A stretch of 64,000 nucleotides of DNA from Ignavibacteriales bacterium (GCA_050258815.1 JBLMZM010000176.1:14533-78532); one strand, 5' to 3'; positions 28,805 to 39,720 are shown, counted from the stretch's first letter. A program made the numbers and translations. The notes: generated by a model from the sequence alone, not told the origin.

Positions 28805-29458
28805 ATGAGACTTCCCTTTACAACAGAACAGTTCCTTTCAGTTTTTCAGCAGTATAACACGTCAGTATTTCCCATGCAGATCCTGTTCTATCTGATTGCC
28901 GGTGTCATTGCTTATCTGTTAATTAAAAGGCCTGGTAATTCCGATAAGATCATTAATGCCTCACTGGCTTTCTTTTGGCTCTGGATGGGCATTATGTACC
29001 ACCTTGTATTTTTTACTGCCATCAATCAGGCAGCATATCTTTTCGGAATCCTGTTTATAATTCAGGGACTGCTTTTCATTTACTCAGGCCTCGTTACATC
29101 TCAGCTGCAGTATTCAAACCAGAACAATATTTATTCCTATGCCGGATGGATATTCATTATTTTTGCGCTCTTTATATATCCGCTGCTGGGAACGATGTTC
29201 GGTCATCCTTATCCTAAGATGCCGACTTTCGGCCTTCCATGCCCCACCACGATTTTTACTTTCGGAATATTTCTGTTTTCAGTCAAAAAATTGTCCATTT
29301 ATGTGTATATCATTCCACTGTTGTGGAGTATAATTGGTTTCGGAGCGGCACTGAATCTTTCTATTATACAGGACTACGGATTGATTCTGGCAGGTTTACT
29401 CGGTTCAGGATTGATACTTAGCTATAATAAAAAGATGATATCCGGAATTACAGCCTGA
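28805..29458 (+). CDS. polytopic membrane protein, DUF6064-like
   Basis: The start MRLPFTTEQFLSVFQQYNTSVFPMQILFYLIAG matches my recollection of the DUF6064 N-terminal signature. Six or seven hydrophobic helices follow. The longest ORF starts at 28718. Confidence 0.5.
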   Translation: MRLPFTTEQFLSVFQQYNTSVFPMQILFYLIAGVIAYLLIKRPGNSDKIINASLAFFWLWMGIMYHLVFFTAINQAAYLFGILFIIQGLLFIYSGLVTSQLQYSNQNNIYSYAGWIFIIFALFIYPLLGTMFGHPYPKMPTFGLPCPTTIFTFGIFLFSVKKLSIYVYIIPLLWSIIGFGAALNLSIIQDYGLILAGLLGSGLILSYNKKMISGITA

Positions 29459-29541
29459 GGGCATGGAAAAAATATTTGCATGATTCATGAAAAAGTCCGT
29501 AGCCAATACTTAATATTTGTATTGACTACGGACTATGGGCT

Positions 29542-30876
29542 TTATGGTTTAGCACCCTTATCGGATGCTTTATTTTTGTTTATTATCCTGCCAGAGTTTG
29601 TCACCCTCAGCTTCAGACTACTCTTCCGTATTTCCGGGATAGTCATATCGTCTTCAATAAATTCATTGTACAGTGACGTTACCCTCTCCTGCTTTCCCTG
29701 TGTAGTATAAATATAAACGAGATTATTGAAGGCCATGTCTATATTGAATTTCATAATTAATGATTTCTTATACGCCGCAGCCGCATCGTCATACTTTTTT
29801 AAGACGAGGTAACTAGCCCCCAGGCGGCTGTACAATTCCGGCATAAATTCCAGAGTGCCTGATTTTGCTGCTTTTTCAAAGTATACTATAGATGTATCAA
29901 ACTTCCCCAACTCTGAATTTAAAGCACCAAGATAAAAGCAGGTCCTGGGATTCCCGGGCTCTATTAAATAAGAATATTCCAGCGCAGCCTTTGCCTCTTC
30001 AAAATAAACGAGCTTCTGGTTTGCATTCAGGGAATCATTAAGACCCGCATAATAGAAATAACAGTAGCCAAGTTTCTGAAATACACTGGACGTCAGGTCG
30101 CCGGTGTTTATTGCATTCTTGTAGTATGCGGCAGCATTCAGGTAGTTTTTCTTCCTGAAATAAATATCCGCCTTTAATTTATGCAGAAGAGAGTTATCAG
30201 GATAGAGTTGCAGGGATTCATCAATAAGTGCGTTTGCAAGCCGCGTGCTGTCGAGCTTTATATAATTTATTGCCAGCTGCTGTGCCGAAGTGATGTTGGA
30301 TGGATTTAATGCATGCGCCTTTTCATAATAGCTGGCTGAGAGCCGGACCGAGTCGCTCTTCAGGGCACAGTAGCCCAGCTGGGCATAAATAAAACTGTTC
30401 ATTGTATCGCGCTGAAGTATCTTGTTATACACCTCCGCCGCCTGATCGTATGCCTCCTCGCTCATGAATACTCCCGCCAGACTAAAGGCAATGCTTTTAT
30501 TGGATGAATCCCTGCTGTAAGCTGTCATGTAATGATCCACCGCTTTTTTGTACATTCCCAAAGATTCCAAAGTCCGGCCCATTTCAGAATAATATACTGC
30601 CTTACTGCTATCCAGGCGTATTGCGCTTGAAAAAGCATCCGCTGCCTTTTCACTTCTGTATGCTCCCTGGTAAGCAAGACCAAGCCTGTAATACAGCCCG
30701 GCATTCAGCGAATCCTTCTTAATGCTTTCGTTCAGAATAGTTACAGCCTGGTCATACTCCCCCCTTGCCAGGAGAATATCAATCCTGTCATAATTACCGT
30801 TATCCTGCGCAAATAGCGGGACGGAAAATAAAAAGAGAAAGAAAAAACTTAACCGTATACTGTAATTAGCCGGCAT
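29542..30876 (-). CDS. tetratricopeptide-repeat protein with signal peptide
   Basis: Repeated 34-aa TPR units are visible (...AGLYYRLGLAYQGAYRSEKAADAFSSAIRLD..., ...YYSEMGRTLESLGMYKKAVDHYMTAYSRD...). I prefer the start MPANYSIRLSFFFLFLFSVPLFAQ at 30876, which has AGGAGG 9 nt upstream. Confidence 0.8.
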   Translation of the reverse strand: MPANYSIRLSFFFLFLFSVPLFAQDNGNYDRIDILLARGEYDQAVTILNESIKKDSLNAGLYYRLGLAYQGAYRSEKAADAFSSAIRLDSSKAVYYSEMGRTLESLGMYKKAVDHYMTAYSRDSSNKSIAFSLAGVFMSEEAYDQAAEVYNKILQRDTMNSFIYAQLGYCALKSDSVRLSASYYEKAHALNPSNITSAQQLAINYIKLDSTRLANALIDESLQLYPDNSLLHKLKADIYFRKKNYLNAAAYYKNAINTGDLTSSVFQKLGYCYFYYAGLNDSLNANQKLVYFEEAKAALEYSYLIEPGNPRTCFYLGALNSELGKFDTSIVYFEKAAKSGTLEFMPELYSRLGASYLVLKKYDDAAAAYKKSLIMKFNIDMAFNNLVYIYTTQGKQERVTSLYNEFIEDDMTIPEIRKSSLKLRVTNSGRIINKNKASDKGAKP

Positions 30877-31142
30877 ATAATATTCCTCCTGGCTGTTAGA
30901 AAATTGTGGTACCGTTTTTAATTGCGCTAAATATGAATCCGTTTTTGTAATGCCCAATCCCTTAGAGTGCTGAAGATTATGGAATTAAAATGCAACAGAG
31001 GGAATTAAAGAACAAGTATAAAATGAATAATTTAGACGGGGAGGAGGATTTATGTGTACGTTAACAGAGTTGGAGGAATTTTTATAAAAATAATAAGGGC
31101 AGAGAAAAGCTGTCTTTTCTCTGCCCCATTTTTTATAGCAAT

Positions 31143-34100
31143 TTATATTTCAGATTCAGTTTTTTTCTTTTCGAACCAGCTGTATATTGACGGTATCAGC
31201 AGCAGTGTAAGCAGTGTGGAAGTCACCAGGCCCCCCACCACAACAGTTGCCAGCGGCTTCTGAATCTCACTTCCTGCTCCTGTTGCATAAAGCATCGGGA
31301 TCAGGCTGAATACCGCAATTGAGGCTGTCATTAGTACCGGCCTTAACCTGTCGGCACTACCCTTCAGTATCGCATCCATCAGTCCCATTCCCTCAGTACG
31401 CAGCTGGGAAATATGCGATACCAGAACAACACCGTTCAATACCGCAACACCAAACAGTACAATAAACCCAACCGAGGCCGGAACCGACAGGTACTGCCCC
31501 GAGATCCAGAGTGAAAACACTCCGCCAATAAGGGCAAAGGGCAGGTTGGAGATAACAAGCATAGTAAGTCTTATTGACCTGAAGGTTACAAAAAGCAGTA
31601 GCATGATGAGGGCTATTGCAATGGGACCTATTATCAGGAGTTTACTCATTGCACGCTGCTGGTTTTCAAACTGTCCTCCCCAGGTCAGGTAATAACCCGC
31701 AGGCAGTTTTACCTTTGACTTAATTTTCTCTTTGGCCTCTGCAACGAAGCTTCCGATATCCCTGCCCTGAATATTCATTTCAATACCGATCCTGCGCATA
31801 CCGTCCTCACGGCTTACCTGAACGGGACCCTCGGTAAGTGAAATCATCGCAAGATCACGAAGTGGTATTTTGGCCCCGTCATGCGCCGGTATCAGAATAT
31901 TACCGATTGTTTCAACCGAATTCCTGTCTTCCTCGGGCAGGCGGACTGTAATGTCAAAATTTCTGTTTTCCTCATAAAACCTGGATGCCGATTTTCCGGC
32001 TACTGCTATCTCGATCACATTCTGAATATCACTGATATTCAGTCCGTACCGGGCAATCTTACTTCTGTCAATCTCAATGGAAAGATATGGCTGGCCTGAG
32101 ACTTTTTCGGCAATAAGATCCGTTCCGCCTTCTACTTTGGAAAGCACCTTTACTATCTCATCGGCTTTCTGCTTTAATACGTCAATATTTTCACCGAAAA
32201 GCTTCAGTATCAGCTGTGCCTTGGTTCCAGCCACCAGTTCATCAATCCTGCACTGTATGGGCTGGCTGAAGCTGAATGCTATTCCCGGAATTGAGGATAA
32301 TGAATCCCTCATCTGTGCGGTTAACTCTTCACGGCTCAGGTTGCTTTCCCAGCTGTCCTTCGGATACATTACTCCTACATAACCTGTCTTGTCTACTCCC
32401 CTGGTATCCAAAGCAACACCGGTCTGCCCGGTTCTTGAGACTACGGTTTTAAGCTCAGGGAACTTCTTTAGCTTTTCACCGATCATCCTGTTTGCATCCA
32501 TCGCCCTGTCAAGCGATACACCCGGCAGGAGCGAAACATCCATGTCGAATGACCCCTCATCCATTATTGGTATGAACTCTGTTCCCAGGTATGGAATAAT
32601 TAGAAAAGATATGATGAGAAAAACACCTGCTATGCTCAGGATCACCTTTCTTTTCTGCATACAGTATTTAAGAAGCGGGAGGTAAATCTTTTGAATATAC
32701 TTCATTATTACGCTTTCTTTTTCAGGCTGGGATTTAAGAATTACTGAACACAGCACAGGGATCACAAAAATTGATAGAAACAGCGATGAAAGCAGTGCAA
32801 TTGCCACCGTCTTAGCCAATGGCCCGAACATTTTACCTTCTATTCCCTCAAGCGAAAGTATCGGGATAAATGTGATGGCAATGATCAGTTCACCATAAAT
32901 ACTTGGCTTTCTTACCTCCAGGACGGCCTTTAATACGGTCATTATACCGGGCTTTTCGTGCGTGGTTTCACTTAAATGACGCTGGACATTTTCCACCTGA
33001 ATTATCGTGGCATCGATGATCATTCCAACTGAAATTGCAAGTCCGCCCAAGGACATCAGGTTCGCACCGAGTCCGAATACTTTCATTACTATGAAAGTAG
33101 TAAGAAGCGACAGGGGCAGGGCTATCAGCACTACAGCCGCTCCCCGGAAACTCCTTAGAAGCAGATAAAGAACAATAAGCACCAGAATTGAGCCTTCAAT
33201 CAGCGCCCTGGTTACTGTATTAACGCTTGCATTTACAATATCAGCACGGTCATAGTAAGGGACCATCTTAATTCCCTCGGGCAGGACATTGCTTTCGTTT
33301 ATTTCATTCACCTTAGCAGCTACCCTTTTTACAACCTCTTTACCGTTTTCACCCCGGAGCATCATGACAATTCCGCCCACGGCCTCGTCCTTGCCATTTA
33401 TCATTGAAGCGCCCTGGCGTACTGCTTCGCCAATTTTTACATCCGCTACATCTTTTAAGTAAACGGGCGTACCCTGGACGGATTTAAGAACAATGTTGTC
33501 AATATCCACCGTACTTTTTATCAGTCCGACACTCCTGATGATATACTGGTCAGAATATTTCTCGAGTATATTTCCACCTACGTTCTGATTATTATTCTCA
33601 ATTGCAGAATAAACCTCATCTACTGTTACGTCATACTTAAGAAGTTTTTCAGGCTGCACCACTACCTGGTACTGTTTGAAATATCCACCAAAGGAATTAA
33701 TTTCATTTACTCCGGGAACACTCTTCAGCATCGGATCAATAACCCATTCCTCCAGAGTCCTCAGGTTTGTCAGATATTCCTTCTTCTGAACAGGATCCTT
33801 TGGCATGTTGCCTTCAAGCGTATATTGGTAGATCTCCCCCATTGCCGTTGCAATGGGTCCCATTGAAACTTCCACGCCTCTGGGTACGCTTTCCTTTGCT
33901 TCAGCCAGGCGTTCAAAGACCAGCTGCCTGGCAAAATAAATATCCACGTCATCGTCAAAAATTACAGTTACAATTGAGAGACCGAACTTTGTAACAGAGC
34001 GCATCTGCTGAACTTTCGGCAGCCCGCGCATTGACATTTCAATCGGATATGTCACCGAACGTTCAATTTCAACGGCTGACAGGCCATTTGCATAGCTTAC

Positions 34101-34247
34101 CACGTCTACCTGAATATTTGTCACATCAGGAAATGCATCAATCGGCAGCTTAACAAATGAGTAGATACCGAAGCCGACAATCAAAAGCACAAGGAATATT
34201 ATCATTCCTTTCTGCTTTAGTGTCAGAGATATAATTTTTTCGAGCAT
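31143..34247 (-). CDS. CusA/CzcA-family heavy-metal efflux RND transporter
   Basis: 1034 aa. The N-terminus reads MLEKIISLTLKQKGMIIFLVLLIVGFGIYSFVKLPIDAFPDVTNIQVDV. The TM4 relay-like segment is GMIIDATIIQVENV. The topology is 12 TM segments with two large periplasmic loops. Confidence 0.95.
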   Translation of the reverse strand: MLEKIISLTLKQKGMIIFLVLLIVGFGIYSFVKLPIDAFPDVTNIQVDVVSYANGLSAVEIERSVTYPIEMSMRGLPKVQQMRSVTKFGLSIVTVIFDDDVDIYFARQLVFERLAEAKESVPRGVEVSMGPIATAMGEIYQYTLEGNMPKDPVQKKEYLTNLRTLEEWVIDPMLKSVPGVNEINSFGGYFKQYQVVVQPEKLLKYDVTVDEVYSAIENNNQNVGGNILEKYSDQYIIRSVGLIKSTVDIDNIVLKSVQGTPVYLKDVADVKIGEAVRQGASMINGKDEAVGGIVMMLRGENGKEVVKRVAAKVNEINESNVLPEGIKMVPYYDRADIVNASVNTVTRALIEGSILVLIVLYLLLRSFRGAAVVLIALPLSLLTTFIVMKVFGLGANLMSLGGLAISVGMIIDATIIQVENVQRHLSETTHEKPGIMTVLKAVLEVRKPSIYGELIIAITFIPILSLEGIEGKMFGPLAKTVAIALLSSLFLSIFVIPVLCSVILKSQPEKESVIMKYIQKIYLPLLKYCMQKRKVILSIAGVFLIISFLIIPYLGTEFIPIMDEGSFDMDVSLLPGVSLDRAMDANRMIGEKLKKFPELKTVVSRTGQTGVALDTRGVDKTGYVGVMYPKDSWESNLSREELTAQMRDSLSSIPGIAFSFSQPIQCRIDELVAGTKAQLILKLFGENIDVLKQKADEIVKVLSKVEGGTDLIAEKVSGQPYLSIEIDRSKIARYGLNISDIQNVIEIAVAGKSASRFYEENRNFDITVRLPEEDRNSVETIGNILIPAHDGAKIPLRDLAMISLTEGPVQVSREDGMRRIGIEMNIQGRDIGSFVAEAKEKIKSKVKLPAGYYLTWGGQFENQQRAMSKLLIIGPIAIALIMLLLFVTFRSIRLTMLVISNLPFALIGGVFSLWISGQYLSVPASVGFIVLFGVAVLNGVVLVSHISQLRTEGMGLMDAILKGSADRLRPVLMTASIAVFSLIPMLYATGAGSEIQKPLATVVVGGLVTSTLLTLLLIPSIYSWFEKKKTESEI

Positions 34248-34252
34248 GCTTT

Positions 34253-35434
34253 CTATTCCTCCTCCCCGAACTCTGACTTCATCATTTCAGACTTCAGGTA
34301 AAATGCGCCTTTTATGACTACGCTTTCGCCTGCAGTCAGGCCTTCTTTGATTTCAACCTGGTCGTTCTGCATGGAGCCGGTTTTAACGGCCCGCTTCTGG
34401 AACACTAATGGGCTTTTTTCAACAAAGACATAATCCTGATTATCAAATTTCACAATAGATTCTGCGGGAATGAGTATTGCTTTGGAGTTTTGCGATGCCG
34501 GGACCTTCAGTTCACCGAACATCTGTGACTTCAGAGAATTATTCCTGTTATTAAATTCGGCCCTCACGGTAATGGTTCTTGATTTTTCATCAATTACCTG
34601 GCCTATGTAGCTTAATCTGCCATGGAATTCTTCTTCGGGAAAGGATGCCGAGGCGAAGGCTACGCCCGACTTGTCGCTGATCTTGTTTGCATCTGTTTCC
34701 GATACCTGGCCGTCAATCCAGACTGAACTTGTATTTATTATTCTGAAAGCATTAGTTGTTCCATCAACAAGCTGACCAATGACAACATTGCGCTCTGCAA
34801 CGACACCGCCAATCGGGGATTTAATGGGGAGCGTTCCCGAAGTATGCTCATCTGAATGACTGCCCTGTCCATTTGTAACTTCACTGTCGCTTAGTCCTAT
34901 TGAATGTATTTTTTTATCGGCTGCATTGAATTCGGCCTGGGCTTTTTCATATTCTGCCTGGGCCTCCAGAAAAGCCTTCTGCGAACCTACTTTCTGTTCG
35001 ATGAGCACCTTTTGCCTTTCGTAATTGGCTTTTTTGTATTCCAGGCTGGATTTTGCAGTTACAAAGGCCGCTTTTATTTCGCCGATTTCAAGGCCTTCGA
35101 CGTACATCAGCAGCTGTCCGGCCTTTACATAATCCCCTACTTTTACGAATACCTTCTGAACTCTGCCCTGTACGAGCGAGCCCACCTGGGCTTCGTTATC
35201 CTGGTTTGTAATTACCTTTGCAGGCAGACTTAGAAAACCTGTAAATTGTTTGAAAGAAACCCTCTCGGTTTTAAGATCGATTTCCTTTACCTGCTTTTCA
35301 CTTAATTTTACCTCTTCAACGCGTATTTCTTCTTTTTTACCCTCTTCTTTGGCAAGTTTTTCTTTGCCGCACCCGGCAAAAATGAGTACCGCTGCAAGTA
35401 CCAGATAGATGCTGATTTTTTTAGTTTCTGACAT
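34253..35434 (-). CDS. efflux RND periplasmic adaptor subunit (CzcB/CusB, HlyD family)
   Basis: There is a lipoprotein-like signal (LVLAAVLIFAGCG). The lipoyl/barrel-sandwich motif is VKVGDYVKAGQLLMYVE, followed by a coiled-coil hairpin. The gene lies 5 nt upstream of the RND pump. Confidence 0.9.
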   Translation of the reverse strand: MSETKKISIYLVLAAVLIFAGCGKEKLAKEEGKKEEIRVEEVKLSEKQVKEIDLKTERVSFKQFTGFLSLPAKVITNQDNEAQVGSLVQGRVQKVFVKVGDYVKAGQLLMYVEGLEIGEIKAAFVTAKSSLEYKKANYERQKVLIEQKVGSQKAFLEAQAEYEKAQAEFNAADKKIHSIGLSDSEVTNGQGSHSDEHTSGTLPIKSPIGGVVAERNVVIGQLVDGTTNAFRIINTSSVWIDGQVSETDANKISDKSGVAFASASFPEEEFHGRLSYIGQVIDEKSRTITVRAEFNNRNNSLKSQMFGELKVPASQNSKAILIPAESIVKFDNQDYVFVEKSPLVFQKRAVKTGSMQNDQVEIKEGLTAGESVVIKGAFYLKSEMMKSEFGEEE

Positions 35435-35465
35435 TGTTTAATGTGTCCTTATTTTTCAGTGTATT

Positions 35466-36719
35466 TTATTTTAATCTTTTTCCGACCGCTTCTTCCAGTT
35501 CAATTAGTGCCGTATTATAGGAAAGAAGAGTATTTATATAATTGCTTTTTGAGCTGATTACCGTCTGCCTGGCCTGAAGAAATTCAATATAGGTTATTTC
35601 TCCTGCCTCATAGCTTTTTGAAGCTGCACGGTAGACCTCTTCAGACTGCGGCAGTATCTCACTCCTGTAAAGCCGCACCTGCTGGTCTGCTATCTGATAC
35701 TCGGTAAATGCTTTGTTCACCTTCAGGTAAAATTCATTCCGGGCCCCTTTGAGCTCCGATTCAGCTATCGACCTGTTGGCCTCGGCTTCCTGGATTTTCC
35801 CCTTCTGATCGAACATAAACCATAATGGTACTGTCACACCGATAGCTGCCCCATAAAATCCATTAATACCGTCTCTCGACTGATTGAAGTACGACAGGCT
35901 GAATGAGGGTAAAAGCCCGGTCCAGGCAAGTGACTTTTCAACCGAAGAAGTATTGAGCTTCAGCTCATAAATCCTCAGTTGCGGATTGCCGGAAGCCTCG
36001 GCTTCCAGTAACTTATCAAGTGTAAAATTAACCGGCTCATAAGTCAGGCTGTCGGACAACCGGTAGCTTTCTTCCTTTTCATCTCTCCCGTATCCCATTG
36101 CAAAGCTGAGATCGGCAAGGACTGACTTCAGCTCATTTTGCCGGATGTTGAGACTGTTAACTGCCTCTGTGTATTGTACTTTTGCGGTCAGGCGTTCCAG
36201 GTGAGTGGCTTCGCCGGTATTATACCTGATTTCTGCCTTTTTATAGAAATCTTCAGCTATTGCCAGATTTTCTTTTGCAAGTTTTAATTCTTCCTGCTTG
36301 GAGAGAGTATTAAAGTATGCATGTTTGACCTCCGCCATTACTGACAACTGAGTCTGGCAGAACTCATTTTCAGCAATCTGGCGCTCATCACTAAATTTTG
36401 ACCGCCTGAGCAGGTAATTTGTAGGGAACTCGATTGACTGGGTGATTCCGAACTCCCTTTCGCTATAGCTATTTAGAGGACGGCCCGAGGGAATGAACTC
36501 GTAATTTAAGGAAACCTCAGGCGCCGGAAGCGAAATTCCGCTCCAGAGTTTTCCGCTGGCTGCATTGATTTTTTCCTGTGAAGCCTTTATGCCGGGATTG
36601 TTATTAAGGGCAATTCCAATAGCCTCTTCAATTGACAGGGGTCTCCCCGGTTCTGCCTGCTGCGCATATCCTATAGTAAATGATAACAGGGATATGAGCA
36701 TGAGAAATCGCATGATCAT
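35466..36719 (-). CDS. TolC-family outer-membrane efflux protein (CzcC-like)
   Basis: 417 aa with a signal peptide. The N-terminal LSIEEAIGIALNNNPGIKA motif is present, and the OEP coiled-coil organisation is duplicated. It is the first gene of the C-B-A order. Confidence 0.9.
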   Translation of the reverse strand: MIMRFLMLISLLSFTIGYAQQAEPGRPLSIEEAIGIALNNNPGIKASQEKINAASGKLWSGISLPAPEVSLNYEFIPSGRPLNSYSEREFGITQSIEFPTNYLLRRSKFSDERQIAENEFCQTQLSVMAEVKHAYFNTLSKQEELKLAKENLAIAEDFYKKAEIRYNTGEATHLERLTAKVQYTEAVNSLNIRQNELKSVLADLSFAMGYGRDEKEESYRLSDSLTYEPVNFTLDKLLEAEASGNPQLRIYELKLNTSSVEKSLAWTGLLPSFSLSYFNQSRDGINGFYGAAIGVTVPLWFMFDQKGKIQEAEANRSIAESELKGARNEFYLKVNKAFTEYQIADQQVRLYRSEILPQSEEVYRAASKSYEAGEITYIEFLQARQTVISSKSNYINTLLSYNTALIELEEAVGKRLK

Positions 36720-36808
36720 TATAATATCCTTTAATTATTAGTGTTTAGGTTTGGATAGTCTTATCCCATAGCATCAGGATAAAACATAAACGATGGATCA
36801 GTCGTAGT

Positions 36809-37150
36809 TTAAATCAGTAGTGTACGGTTAATTACGAAAAGGGGCGTACCCGTGGCTTTACTGTTTCCAGGCGAGATGTTTGCAATATTTTTTAGCTGCA
36901 AGCCAGAAGCAAGTATTGTCTCAGGGAGAATACAGGCCATAGCAGAAAAAGGCTGCGGATTATAATGTATAAATGAACCGGCAGAAACTGAAGCGTTAAA
37001 CGCAGGAGCATTTGTAAGCTGGCAAAAATCATGAGCATAGTGGGTGGTGTCACCCTCAGGCGTCATAAAATCAAATTCTGAATGGGCAAAATTAAAGGCA
37101 AAACCCATCAGCAGAATAAATGCCACAATATATTTATACTTTTCTTTCAT
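36809..37150 (-). CDS. small hypothetical exported protein upstream of the czcCBA-like operon
   Basis: 113 aa with an N-terminal hydrophobic helix. His/Cys residues are clustered just after it (AHSEFDFMTPEGDTTHYAHDFCQ). I recognised no family. Confidence 0.4.
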   Translation of the reverse strand: MKEKYKYIVAFILLMGFAFNFAHSEFDFMTPEGDTTHYAHDFCQLTNAPAFNASVSAGSFIHYNPQPFSAMACILPETILASGLQLKNIANISPGNSKATGTPLFVINRTLLI

Positions 37151-37248
37151 TTATTCATAAATATTTGTGCCAAAGTTAAGTGAAAATTACAGTAAAAACA
37201 ACTCTATTATGACAGGGAAAGTTTTTGACAGGCCGGCGGTGTAAGGGG

Positions 37249-37285
37249 ATATAAAAACAGAAGGGCGGGCATAATGTGCCCGCCC
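37249..37285 (-). terminator. intrinsic terminator after the nitric oxide reductase gene
   Basis: GGGCGGGCA-N5-TGCCCGCCC (37263-37285) is followed on the minus strand by TTCTGTTTTTAT. Confidence 0.7.
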
Positions 37286-37375
37286 GGACTATCATTTACA
37301 AACTAATTATGCTGTCAGGCTTAGCAATTCCTGCTGCCAAGCCGGAATAGTGTCCTTAACCAACAGCATTTAATA

Positions 37376-39631
37376 CTAATTCTTAAGAGTTCCCAAGGCC
37401 TCCTTACCCGAGGTCTCTTCAACTGTCTGCTTTGTGAATGTCAGTTTTGCAACGAACAATACCAGGGAAATGACTCCGGCTGCAAAAATGGTATCGCCTA
37501 TAACCCTCATCCACCTGAGTGCGTTCATTACGCCTGACTGCAGGAATTCTGAGCTTCTTGCATACCAGTATCCATATTCAACTGAAGCCCAGGTCTGCAT
37601 AAGGCCGACAGGAAGCAGACTTAGAGTAACCATTGTAAACAGCCCGATGTTGATTGACCAGAAGGCAAAGCGCAGAAGTTTTGTATCCCATTCAACTCCA
37701 GGCTTCAGGGCCCTGAGTGTAAAGAGCATGAGTCCCAACCCCAGCATGCCATATACGCCGAATAGTGCTGCATGACCGTGTACCGGTGTTGTATTTAAGC
37801 CCTGCATATAGTATAGAGCAACCGGAGGGTTGATCATGAAGCCGAAGAGTCCGGCACCCAGCAGGTTCCAGAATGCAACTGAGATAAAGAAATAAATTGG
37901 CCATTTATAGTTGCTTACCCAGGCTTTGGCTCTGGAGAGCTTATAGTTTTCCCATGCTTCAAAGCCGACAAAGACAAGGGGCACAACTTCCAGGGCACTG
38001 AAGACCGACCCGAACGCCAGTACAATTGTCGGGGTACCAGAAAAATACAGGTGATGCAGTGTTCCGATTATTCCGCCTGAAAGGAATATCGTTGCTGAAA
38101 GTAAGGATGCCTGTCCTGCTGCCTTTATGCTTAGTAATTTCAGCCTTGAGAACAGGAACGCTATTACTACCGTGGCAAATACTTCGAAGAAACCTTCAAC
38201 CCAGAGGTGAACCACCCACCATCTCCAGTACTCTGCAATGGCAAGATTTGTGTGTTTGCCGTACATGAGTGCGGAGCTGTAGAAAAGTGCAATTGCAACT
38301 GCCGAAATAAGAAACAGTGTAAGTATAGGCTTCTGATCGTCACTCTTTTTAAGTGCCGGTCTGATTGCCCTTACCATCAAAAACAGCCAGAGGAAAAGAC
38401 CAATGAGCAGCGCAATCTGGAAGAAACGTCCCAGGTCGATGTACTCATAACCACTGTGTCCGAAGTAAAACCAGAATTTATCAGGCATTACATTCATAAT
38501 GCTCAGCCATTCACCTGCCATTGAACCAAGCACAACTACCACGAGCGCCACAAAAAGCACGTTAACCCCGAGTTTCTGACCCTTGGGTTCAACACCGCTT
38601 ACGGCCGGACCTATAAAGAGTCCCGCGGCAAGCCATGCAGTTGCAATCCAGAAGATACCGAGCTGTGTATGCCAGGTTCTTACTACGCTGTAAGGCAGTA
38701 TCTTTGAAATCTCAATTCCGTAGAATCCATTACCCTCGACTCCGTAGTGTGCCGAGATTACGCCCATCAGTATCTGCAATAAAAGCAATCCCGCAACTGT
38801 CCAGAAGTACTTTATCACTGCTTTCTGTGAAGGAGTGGCTTTAGAACCGAGCAGCGGATCATTAGCAGGAACTTCACCCTTTGGATGCTCTTTTTCCTTC
38901 GAGGCATGATACCATGCCATCCCGCCAATACCTGCAAGCAGCATTATTATGCTTACACCCGTCCAAACCACCGCATCCCCCGTAGGCTGGTTATCTACAA
39001 GTTTTTCGTGCGGCCAGTTGCTCGTATAGGTTATATTGTCATTGGGACGGTTGGTCGAGGCTGCCCATGAGCTCCAGAAGAAGAAAGCCGAAAGTTCACG
39101 CAGTTTCAGGGGATCTGTAACGGCATTTTTCTGAATTGCATACTCACTTTTACCCTCGGAAAACAGTTTGCTGTAATACTTAACGTTTTCTTCAATTGCC
39201 CTGGCTCTTACGGGACTGATAATAATCTCATCGCCCCCCTGATTATAAGTATTGTTTTTCATCATTTTGGCCAGTCTTGCCTGCAGCAAAGCCTGTTTTT
39301 CCTCCCCCAGCTTTGCATAATCCTCTTTGTAGTCCTCTTTAGCCCATTCATTCAGAATAAACGTAGCCTCACGGTGCAGCCAGTCTGCAGTCCAGTCCGG
39401 CGCCACATAGCTTCCGTGTCCCCAGACAGAACCGACTTCCATGCCGCCCATTGCCTGCCAGACGTTCTGCCCGTTTTTAATTTCTCCCGATTGAAATACT
39501 ATGCTGCCCGTGCTGGTAACAACTCTGTCGGCAACTGGCGGTGCCTGGTGATATATCTTGGTTCCGATCCATCCGAGGATCGAGAAAGAGATAAGTATCA
39601 CCAGTGTAAAACCGACCCAATACTTTTTCAT
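37376..39631 (-). CDS. norB: quinol-dependent nitric oxide reductase (qNOR, NorB-like large subunit with N-terminal extension)
   Basis: 751 aa. The heme-copper-oxidase fold shows WWVVHLWVEGFFEVF, HHLYFSGTP and HGHAALFGVYGMLG histidine motifs. An additional N-terminal TM segment plus a periplasmic domain of about 200 aa is typical of the single-subunit quinol enzymes. Confidence 0.9.
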   Translation of the reverse strand: MKKYWVGFTLVILISFSILGWIGTKIYHQAPPVADRVVTSTGSIVFQSGEIKNGQNVWQAMGGMEVGSVWGHGSYVAPDWTADWLHREATFILNEWAKEDYKEDYAKLGEEKQALLQARLAKMMKNNTYNQGGDEIIISPVRARAIEENVKYYSKLFSEGKSEYAIQKNAVTDPLKLRELSAFFFWSSWAASTNRPNDNITYTSNWPHEKLVDNQPTGDAVVWTGVSIIMLLAGIGGMAWYHASKEKEHPKGEVPANDPLLGSKATPSQKAVIKYFWTVAGLLLLQILMGVISAHYGVEGNGFYGIEISKILPYSVVRTWHTQLGIFWIATAWLAAGLFIGPAVSGVEPKGQKLGVNVLFVALVVVVLGSMAGEWLSIMNVMPDKFWFYFGHSGYEYIDLGRFFQIALLIGLFLWLFLMVRAIRPALKKSDDQKPILTLFLISAVAIALFYSSALMYGKHTNLAIAEYWRWWVVHLWVEGFFEVFATVVIAFLFSRLKLLSIKAAGQASLLSATIFLSGGIIGTLHHLYFSGTPTIVLAFGSVFSALEVVPLVFVGFEAWENYKLSRAKAWVSNYKWPIYFFISVAFWNLLGAGLFGFMINPPVALYYMQGLNTTPVHGHAALFGVYGMLGLGLMLFTLRALKPGVEWDTKLLRFAFWSINIGLFTMVTLSLLPVGLMQTWASVEYGYWYARSSEFLQSGVMNALRWMRVIGDTIFAAGVISLVLFVAKLTFTKQTVEETSGKEALGTLKN

Positions 39632-39720
39632 GATTTTCTCCCGTAATTTGTTTTGACTTGGATAAACGCTAAAAGAATTTCTTTATAGGACAAAGTTATT
39701 GAAGGATTTGAAGGCGTTCC

